Positions 8,666-14,512 of a DNA stretch of 49,749 nt are shown piece after piece; the stretch's first letter is position 1, and each line of letters begins with the position of its first letter. This DNA comes from Pyrinomonadaceae bacterium (GTDB lineage: Bacteria > Acidobacteriota > Blastocatellia > Pyrinomonadales > Pyrinomonadaceae), in the NCBI GenBank assembly GCA_036006125.1, contig DASYPX010000286.1:1-49749 (forward strand), in the 5' to 3' direction. The notes beneath the pieces were generated by a model. That model saw nothing but the letters and a program-made list of their open reading frames with translations. It made no database searches and was not told where the DNA came from. The position numbers and the translations under genes are program-made.

Positions 8666-8768
8666 CTTTGTACTTTGGTCTTTGGTCTTGGCTTTCTGTT
8701 CCACGAAACCCTGAACCGACGCTGCCGACTTTGGAAAACGACCAAAGTACAAAGATCAAAGCACAAAG
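8666..8768. repeat. inverted pair of heptanucleotide arrays (CTTTGNN x4 / NNCAAAG x4)
   Basis: Left array 8666-8693: CTTTGTA CTTTGGT CTTTGGT CTTGGCT. Right array 8741-8768: ACCAAAG TACAAAG ATCAAAG CACAAAG. There is a perfect 18-bp inverted repeat (8663-8680 / 8740-8757). Confidence 0.85.
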
Positions 8769-8776
8769 ACCGTTCT

Positions 8777-10072
8777 TTACGCAGAATGCATCAGCGCCGT
8801 CCGCATGGCGGCCGCCGATTGCCAACGGTGAGCCGGGTCTTTGGCCAGGGCGCGTTCAATAACTTCCGCAACACGTTCAGGGACTTCGGGCGCCCGCTGA
8901 CGCAAAGGAACGATTGGCGCTTCAAAAATCGCACGGACAGTTGCGGCCATATCACCGGCGGGCCCGACATCGAGTGCCGTATCGCCCGCGAGCAAGCTGT
9001 ACGCCGTCATACCGATCGCGTAAATGTCTGAGGTCGGCTTCACATTACGGAAGTCTTTGATTTGCTCTGGCGGCATGTAGGCGAAAGTCCCGGCCATGTC
9101 TCCAGCCATGGTAATGCCGCTCATCCCTGACTGAGTGAAACTCTTTGCCAGACCAAAGTCGGTAAGCTTGGCGGTATAGTTCGGGGCGGAACCGCTGAGC
9201 AGAATGTTCGACTCTTTGATATCGCGATGGATGTAGCCTTTGCCGTGCGCGTAAGCAAGCGCGTCGAGCGCTTGCGTGATCACATTGATTGCTTGTTTGT
9301 AAGGAAGTCGTCCGCCTTGCGAGTCAGCCAGCCGCGCGGCGTCTGATCCTTCGACAAATTCAGTAACCAAATAAACCGCGCCGTTGTGCGTCCCACTCTC
9401 GAGGTAGCGAACGATGTTTGGATGATCGAGCGCCGCCGCGACTTCGATTTCGCGCACGAATCGTCGCACTGCTTGATCAGCCACCGCTACTTCAGGCAGT
9501 AACGTCTTGATAGCAACCGCGCGTCCGGTCTTCTCGGACCGCGCGAGCATTACGCAGCCCATGCCTCCGCGGCCCAGCAGCTTGATCATTTCGTAACCCG
9601 GAACGGGCTGCGGTTGCCGCTTGAGTTCTTCACGGCACTCTTCACAGATGAAAGTCATCGGCTCGTTGGTCGCCGATCCTTCCACGGTTTCACGTCGCCC
9701 GCAGTTCGCGCACTCGATTTTGATCTCGAACGGCTTCGTGAGGGTGGGCGCTTCAGCTTCACTCGGTCGCTGCTCAACCTGCACATCGACTTCAAGGACC
9801 GTCTGGCCGCCTTGAATGCGGTCGCCGCTTTTCAGAAAACTCTCCTGTACGCGCTGCCCATTGACGTAAGTGCCATTGGTCGAGCCGAGGTCGCGTAAAA
9901 AACAACGGGGCGGGGCAATCTCAAGCAGGCAGTGATGGCGGGAAAAGAAACGATCCTCGGGAAGATAGAGGTGGGCGTTCTCGCTGCGGCCGATCAGAAA
10001 AGTGTCATGCTGATCGAAAACGAACTCCTGCCCGTGGTAAGGACCGGCCAGAACTCGCAACGTGACACGCAT
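8777..10072 (-). CDS. FHA domain - zinc ribbon - Ser/Thr protein kinase (cytoplasmic)
   Basis: N-terminal FHA (GRSENAHLYLPEDRFFSRHHC...GSTNGTYVNG), CANCG-x18-CEEC ribbon, and a Hanks kinase core (VAIKTL, HRDIKESNILL, DFGLAK). No TM segment. Confidence 0.9.
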   Translation of the reverse strand: MRVTLRVLAGPYHGQEFVFDQHDTFLIGRSENAHLYLPEDRFFSRHHCLLEIAPPRCFLRDLGSTNGTYVNGQRVQESFLKSGDRIQGGQTVLEVDVQVEQRPSEAEAPTLTKPFEIKIECANCGRRETVEGSATNEPMTFICEECREELKRQPQPVPGYEMIKLLGRGGMGCVMLARSEKTGRAVAIKTLLPEVAVADQAVRRFVREIEVAAALDHPNIVRYLESGTHNGAVYLVTEFVEGSDAARLADSQGGRLPYKQAINVITQALDALAYAHGKGYIHRDIKESNILLSGSAPNYTAKLTDFGLAKSFTQSGMSGITMAGDMAGTFAYMPPEQIKDFRNVKPTSDIYAIGMTAYSLLAGDTALDVGPAGDMAATVRAIFEAPIVPLRQRAPEVPERVAEVIERALAKDPAHRWQSAAAMRTALMHSA

Positions 10073-10081
10073 AGATGCAAA

Positions 10082-11077
10082 TCATCTACTGATTTCCAAG
10101 TCGTCGAACGCCACCTCAGTAGTGTCGCTCGTGTACAACCCGACGCGGCCATTTTGCAAATTCTCTGTGTCAGTAATCGAAGTCACGAACTGCCCATTGA
10201 TGTAAAAGTCGAGCTTGCGATCGTGAATCCGAACTTCAAGTTGATTTGGCGTCGTGCCGGTGCGAATCGTGCTGGAAGATGTCCAGTCAACGATTTTGCT
10301 TTGGTTGCTGGCCTTGTGCTGCACAATGGCATATTGCGGGTTGTCGCCGTTCTTAATCAAAAAGCCGATGTCCTGAAACGAGGTATCGGTCTTTTCTCCA
10401 TGCACCAACAATCCGAATCCGCTGTTCGGCGCTTCACCATCGACACTACGCGCGGTAATCCGCACCGTCGAATTTTCGTCGTAATAATCTTTTCGATTTG
10501 GCGCGTACAAAACGATGTAGCCGGTCTTGGTCGAGTGCATGTGGAACTCGTCGTCGTCGTACCAGCTTCGACCAAACTGTGACGTCCCGCTGTACCAGTT
10601 CTCCGTGGAAAAATCGTCCGTATAAGAGGACAACGTCGCCCGCGTATTCGCATTTGCGTTTGCGTTGCCATTGCGATTCGCCCACCGCCCGTTCGCGTTC
10701 AAATTGCTGTTCGCGTTCGAGTTGTTGTTGTTATTGCTCATGCTCGCCAGCGCGATGATTAGGATCAATGCGCCGATTCCCATGAACACCAGCACCGCGC
10801 CAATGCCAAGAATCCACGGCCAGACGCTGCGCTTCTGCGGCGCGATTGGCGGCATGGGCGACCATTGGGGAGGCGGAGTTGAAGACGGCGGCATCTGCCC
10901 GGGCCCATACGCGATTGTTGGTTGTGGCGATGTCTCGCGCGATTGCGGGTATTGGATGGTCGCACTGGGATCGATAGACGACGGCGCGCTCGCGCTCACC
11001 AACGGCGAACCATCATCCAAACAAAAACTGAGAGCGTCGTCAGTGTACGTACGATTACATTGCGGGCAGCGCTTCAT
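10082..11077 (-). CDS. single-pass membrane protein: N-terminal zinc ribbon, Pro-rich linker, TM, Asn-rich linker, C-terminal beta-sandwich (concanavalin/DUF1080-like) domain
   Basis: N-terminal MKRCPQCNRTYTDDALSFCLDDGSPL, TM segment WPWILGIGAVLVFMGIGALILIIALA, an N-rich tract, and a beta-rich C-terminal domain ending GRVGLYTSDTTEVAFDDLEI. Only 9 nt upstream of the FHA-kinase gene. Confidence 0.7.
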   Translation of the reverse strand: MKRCPQCNRTYTDDALSFCLDDGSPLVSASAPSSIDPSATIQYPQSRETSPQPTIAYGPGQMPPSSTPPPQWSPMPPIAPQKRSVWPWILGIGAVLVFMGIGALILIIALASMSNNNNNSNANSNLNANGRWANRNGNANANANTRATLSSYTDDFSTENWYSGTSQFGRSWYDDDEFHMHSTKTGYIVLYAPNRKDYYDENSTVRITARSVDGEAPNSGFGLLVHGEKTDTSFQDIGFLIKNGDNPQYAIVQHKASNQSKIVDWTSSSTIRTGTTPNQLEVRIHDRKLDFYINGQFVTSITDTENLQNGRVGLYTSDTTEVAFDDLEISR

Positions 11078-11186
11078 TCTCTGGCCTCGATTCGTGATTG
11101 GTGCTGCGGGTCAACGCCGGCTGGGGTCGATGAATCGCGCGGCCAGTCTATACGAGAAGTTGAAAAACGCTCAAGTGTGACGTGGA

Positions 11187-12863
11187 TTACAACGTGCGGC
11201 CACAGCGCCCACAGAATTTTGTTCCTGAAGGGTAAGTCACGCCGCAGCGCGAGCACAGTACCTCGACGGGGCGTGGCGCTGACCAGGCGATTTGCGAACC
11301 ACCCAGTGATGCGCCGCAGCGTCCGCAGAATTTTGTCCCGGCGGGTTGGTCGGCGCCGCAACGCGTGCAGCGAAGACTGCCGCTCTGTGAAGACGCGAGA
11401 GGTTTGTTCAGACTGGGGCTGGGAGTGATACGCAAGGACGGCGTGGGCGTCGCGTGAATTTCGCCACCCGCTGTCACGGCTTCAAAAGCGGTGTTGCCGC
11501 ATCTGCCGCAGAACTTTGCGCCGGCTGCGAACCGCGAGCCACATTTCGTGCAGGCGACAACGGCCGGTGTCTTGATGTCGACGCCCGACACACTGCCGAG
11601 ACTGCCGCCTTTCGAAGGACTCAATCCGCTGGTCGCGCCCGATTTGAACTGCGCCTGAATAATCTGCTCTTCGGCGTCGGAACGGATCTCGATAACGCGC
11701 TCGTCGTCGTTGTCACCAGGATTTGCGATACGCAACACATGTTGGCCGGGCGGAATTGAAGTTAGAATCAACCGGCCTGAGCGCCCGATGCTGCCGTGCC
11801 GCTCGTCATCGACATATACTTCAGCTCCCGCAGGCGCCATCACCACGACACGCGTTTCGCCTTCTTCCTCTTCGTGTATCGAAGAGCCGCCGACAGCTTC
11901 GTCGAATTCATGAAACCATTCGGCAACGGTCATCGGACGCGCATCGGCTTCCTTTGCCAACGCGTGCATCACCGATTTTTCGACGGGCGCCGGAATATCG
12001 GATCGCAGAGTACTTAACGCGGGAGTTTCCTGCGTCAACTTCTGCGCAAATATTTGCATGATCTCGCCAGTGAACGGTGGGCGGCCGCCGAGCATGTGAT
12101 AGGCGATCGCGCCGAGCGCGTAAACATCCGCGCGCGCATCGAGTGTCGCGCCCGCTTGCATCTGCTCCGGCGCCATGTATTCGGGTGTTCCGAGAATTCC
12201 ACGCGAAGCGGGACCCGAACCTGACGTGAGTCCGGCGAGACTCTGGTTGATAATCTTCGCGAGTCCAAAGTCGCCGACCTTTACCATGTCATCGCCCGCC
12301 AGCGTGCTGCCATCCTTCTTCTTTCTCTGAACGATGAAGATGTTCGCAGGTTTCAGATCGCGATGCAGGATCCCTTCGTCGTGGGCAGCTTCAACTCCCG
12401 CGCATGTCTGTCGCAAGAACTTCAGTGCGCGTTGCACCGGAATCGTGCCTTCACGGCGCAGCAATTGATAGAGAGATTCGCCTTCGACGTATTCCATGAC
12501 TAAAAAGAACACGCCTTCTTCGCTCTTGCCGAAGTCGGTCACGCCGATCACATTCGGATGCTGCACAGAGGCCGCCGTACGCGCCTCGCGTTCGAACCGC
12601 GCGATTGCTTCGCCTTCCTGCAAATCTTCATCGGATAGAACATCCGGACGGATTGTCTTGACGGCGACCCGTCGCGTCACCAGATTTTCATCGCGCGCAA
12701 CATAGACCTGGCCCATCGCGCCGCGACCGAGACGCTTGTCGAGCCGGTAACGGTGATTCAACAACGTCGTGCCCGGCAAAGTATTTTTCGTTTTCGATTG
12801 ATCGTCAGGACAGACGAGAAGGTCGTCTTCGTAACAGCGTTCGCAGCGGGGACATTCGCGCAT
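11187..12863 (-). CDS. Ser/Thr protein kinase with N-terminal zinc ribbon, PEGA-like domain and three C-terminal zinc ribbons (no TM)
   Basis: N-terminal MRECPRCERCYEDDLLVCPDD, kinase core (VAVKTI, HRDLKPANIFI, DFGLAK), a PEGA-like segment (VVVMAPAGAEVYVDDERHG...), then 3 x C-x2-C-x9-10-KFCGRCG. Confidence 0.9.
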   Translation of the reverse strand: MRECPRCERCYEDDLLVCPDDQSKTKNTLPGTTLLNHRYRLDKRLGRGAMGQVYVARDENLVTRRVAVKTIRPDVLSDEDLQEGEAIARFEREARTAASVQHPNVIGVTDFGKSEEGVFFLVMEYVEGESLYQLLRREGTIPVQRALKFLRQTCAGVEAAHDEGILHRDLKPANIFIVQRKKKDGSTLAGDDMVKVGDFGLAKIINQSLAGLTSGSGPASRGILGTPEYMAPEQMQAGATLDARADVYALGAIAYHMLGGRPPFTGEIMQIFAQKLTQETPALSTLRSDIPAPVEKSVMHALAKEADARPMTVAEWFHEFDEAVGGSSIHEEEEGETRVVVMAPAGAEVYVDDERHGSIGRSGRLILTSIPPGQHVLRIANPGDNDDERVIEIRSDAEEQIIQAQFKSGATSGLSPSKGGSLGSVSGVDIKTPAVVACTKCGSRFAAGAKFCGRCGNTAFEAVTAGGEIHATPTPSLRITPSPSLNKPLASSQSGSLRCTRCGADQPAGTKFCGRCGASLGGSQIAWSAPRPVEVLCSRCGVTYPSGTKFCGRCGRTL

Positions 12864-12996
12864 CTGGAGGGTGTTTCGGCGTTAATCTCGAAGCGAAAGC
12901 ATAAGTCCTCGCCGCAAAGCGGTCAATTCAAAGGCAACAAGATATTGCGCCCGTACTCCGCTTGATCCACTGCAAAGTGGGGCAAAATTATTGTCT

Positions 12997-13025
12997 TTAC
13001 TTGCTGGGCCAACTGGCTTCATAAT
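12997..13025 (+). promoter_or_regulatory. candidate sigma70-type promoter (TTACTT-17 nt-CATAAT)
   Basis: TTACTT at 12997-13002 and CATAAT at 13020-13025 with a 17-nt spacer, in the divergent region between the kinase and ku. Sequence match only. Confidence 0.3.
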
Positions 13026-13073
13026 TTCGGCCCCTCGCACTATCAAATCGAGGGCTGGGCTGCCTGAAGACCC

Positions 13074-13110
13074 AGAAAAATGCGGGCGCGATGCCCGCGT
13101 TTGTGTCTGT
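13074..13110. terminator. terminator-like GC hairpin flanked by an A-run and a T-rich run (orientation ambiguous)
   Basis: AGAAAAA, then GCGGGC-GCGAT-GCCCGC (13082-13098), then GTTTGTGTCTG. Read on the minus strand, the hairpin is followed by ATTTTTCT. Confidence 0.4.
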
Positions 13111-13126
13111 AGAGCAAGTTGTTAAC

Positions 13127-13155
13127 TTGCGTGAACGCAAATTACCAATTTGCGT
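13127..13155. promoter_or_regulatory. candidate operator: TTGCGT-GA-ACGCAA palindrome plus a third TTGCGT half-site
   Basis: Perfect 14-bp palindrome at 13127-13140 and a further TTGCGT at 13150-13155, 18-46 nt upstream of the ku ATG. Confidence 0.35.
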
Positions 13156-13172
13156 TACCCGGAGGATCCCCG

Positions 13173-14045
13173 ATGCGTTCGATTTGGAAAGGTCACATCA
13201 GATTTCTGCTCGTCGCGATTCCGATTCGCGTCTATAACGCGCTGGAAGCGTCTGAGCGAATTCAATTCAATCAACTGCACCGTGACGACTACGGCCCGAT
13301 CGGTTATGACAAGCGCTGCAAGAAGTGCGGCCAGATTGTCAGTAACGATCAGATCACCAAGGGCTTTCAATACGAGCCCGATCGGTACGCGATCGTCGAA
13401 CCTGAAGAGATCGCCAAAATAAAAATTAAGACAACGCGCGCCGTGGATATCCTTGGTTTCGTCGAAAACGACGAAGTCGCCCCAATGTTCTATGACGCAC
13501 CGTATTACATCGGACCTGATGGCCGAGTCGCTGAAAAACCGTTCGCGCTGTTACGTCAGGTTTTAAAAGACACGGGGAAGATCGGACTCGCGAAGGTCGT
13601 GCTTCGCGATCGTGAAGACCTGGTCGCGGTCTTTCCGCACGGCGACGGAATCGTCTTGCAGAAGCTTCGCTATCCGGCCGAAGTACGCAAGATCGAAGAA
13701 GTACCGGAAATCGATGCGACACCGAAACTCGACAAGAAAGAGTTGGCGCTGGCTACCAGTCTCGTCGAACAGATGATTACCACGTTCGGAGACATCGACA
13801 CCGTCGATCACTATCACGAAGCGTTGCGCAAACTGATCGATTCGAAGATCAAAGGTAAAAAGGTTACCGAGTTCGAGAAGTACGAAGAGCCGCCGCGCAT
13901 GGATATCATGACGGCGCTGAAGAAGAGCTTGCAGGCTTCCTCGCGCAAGCCAATGGTCAAAGCCGAACCCGCGACGAAAAAGAAGGCGGCGCTCACACTC
14001 GTCAAATCAAAGCCTGCCGTGGCGAAAAAGCGGAAGGTTGGCTAG
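13173..14045 (+). CDS. ku: Ku protein (bacterial non-homologous end joining)
   Basis: MRSIWKGHIRFLLVAIPIRVYNA... is the canonical bacterial Ku N-terminus. The C-terminal tail is Lys-rich. GGAGGA RBS at 13161-13166. The ORF-track start at 13119 is an upstream extension. Confidence 0.9.
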   Translation: MRSIWKGHIRFLLVAIPIRVYNALEASERIQFNQLHRDDYGPIGYDKRCKKCGQIVSNDQITKGFQYEPDRYAIVEPEEIAKIKIKTTRAVDILGFVENDEVAPMFYDAPYYIGPDGRVAEKPFALLRQVLKDTGKIGLAKVVLRDREDLVAVFPHGDGIVLQKLRYPAEVRKIEEVPEIDATPKLDKKELALATSLVEQMITTFGDIDTVDHYHEALRKLIDSKIKGKKVTEFEKYEEPPRMDIMTALKKSLQASSRKPMVKAEPATKKKAALTLVKSKPAVAKKRKVG

Positions 14046-14092
14046 TTCATATCCGGTTGCTTTTTCGCGATTCGAACGCAACCTTCGGAATG

Positions 14093-14215
14093 TTTTCTGT
14101 AGCCCAGCCGTTTACGGTCGGGAACAAAGTGCATTTTCTGTAGCCCAGCCGTTTACGGCCGGGAACAAAGTGCATTTTCTGTAGCCCAGCCGTTTACGGC
14201 TGGGAACAGAGGGTC
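14093..14215 (+). repeat. three tandem 41-bp REP units, each TTTTCTGTAGCCCAGCCGTTTACGGnnGGGAACAAAGTGCA
   Basis: Units at 14093-14133, 14134-14174 and 14175-14215. Each has a GTAG followed by the hairpin CCCAGCCG-TTTA-CGGnnGGG. The 3' arm varies (TC, CC, CT) and only copy 3 pairs perfectly. Confidence 0.9.
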
Positions 14216-14265
14216 GAATAAATCAAATAGCCCCTTTAGGGGCTTCCATCAACCGGAGGAAACAT

Positions 14266-14510
14266 ATGTCCCACGTGTTTCACCAACTCTATTACCATTT
14301 CGCCTGCGCCACTCACTCACGCGAACCTTTGATTGACCGTACTTGGAGACCGCAACTGCTGGAAATCATCAATCAGGAAGTCTATACGCGTGGTGGTTTT
14401 CCTTTGCGTCACAATGCCATGCCGGATCACGCACACCTCCTTTGTCGACTGCCGCCGACAATCGTTGTCGCCGATTTCATTGGTCAATTGAAAGGAGCGA
14501 CATTAAGGCC
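14266..14510 (+). pseudogene. 3'-truncated IS200/IS605-type Y1 transposase (REP-associated tyrosine transposase-like) remnant
   Basis: N-terminal ~80 codons look TnpA-like (YYHFACATHSREPLI..., HUH motif PDHAHLL, FIGQLKGAT). Similarity stops where the convergent kinase gene ends (14513), and the region that would carry the catalytic Tyr is absent. Hairpin AGCCCC-TTTA-GGGGCT (14230-14245) and GGAGGA RBS lie upstream. Confidence 0.7.
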
Positions 14511-14512
14511 TT

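Noticed and set aside
8636-9031. Plus-strand ORFs 8636-9031 and 8668-8862
   Set aside because: They begin by translating the heptad repeat arrays and then run antisense through the FHA-kinase gene, so they are artefacts of repeats plus a shadow frame.
13127-13160. Possible LexA (SOS) box upstream of ku
   Set aside because: The palindrome is TTGCGT-GA-ACGCAA. It matches neither the GTTC-N7-GTTC direct repeat reported for Acidobacterium/Alphaproteobacteria nor the CTGT-N8-ACAG or GAAC-N4-GTTC types. It is kept only as a generic candidate operator.
14093-14215. Three regularly spaced 41-bp repeats considered as a mini CRISPR array
   Set aside because: The units abut directly with no unique spacers. 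Each starts with GTAG plus a hairpin, and they sit next to a Y1 transposase remnant. No cas genes are present. This is a REP cluster, not CRISPR.
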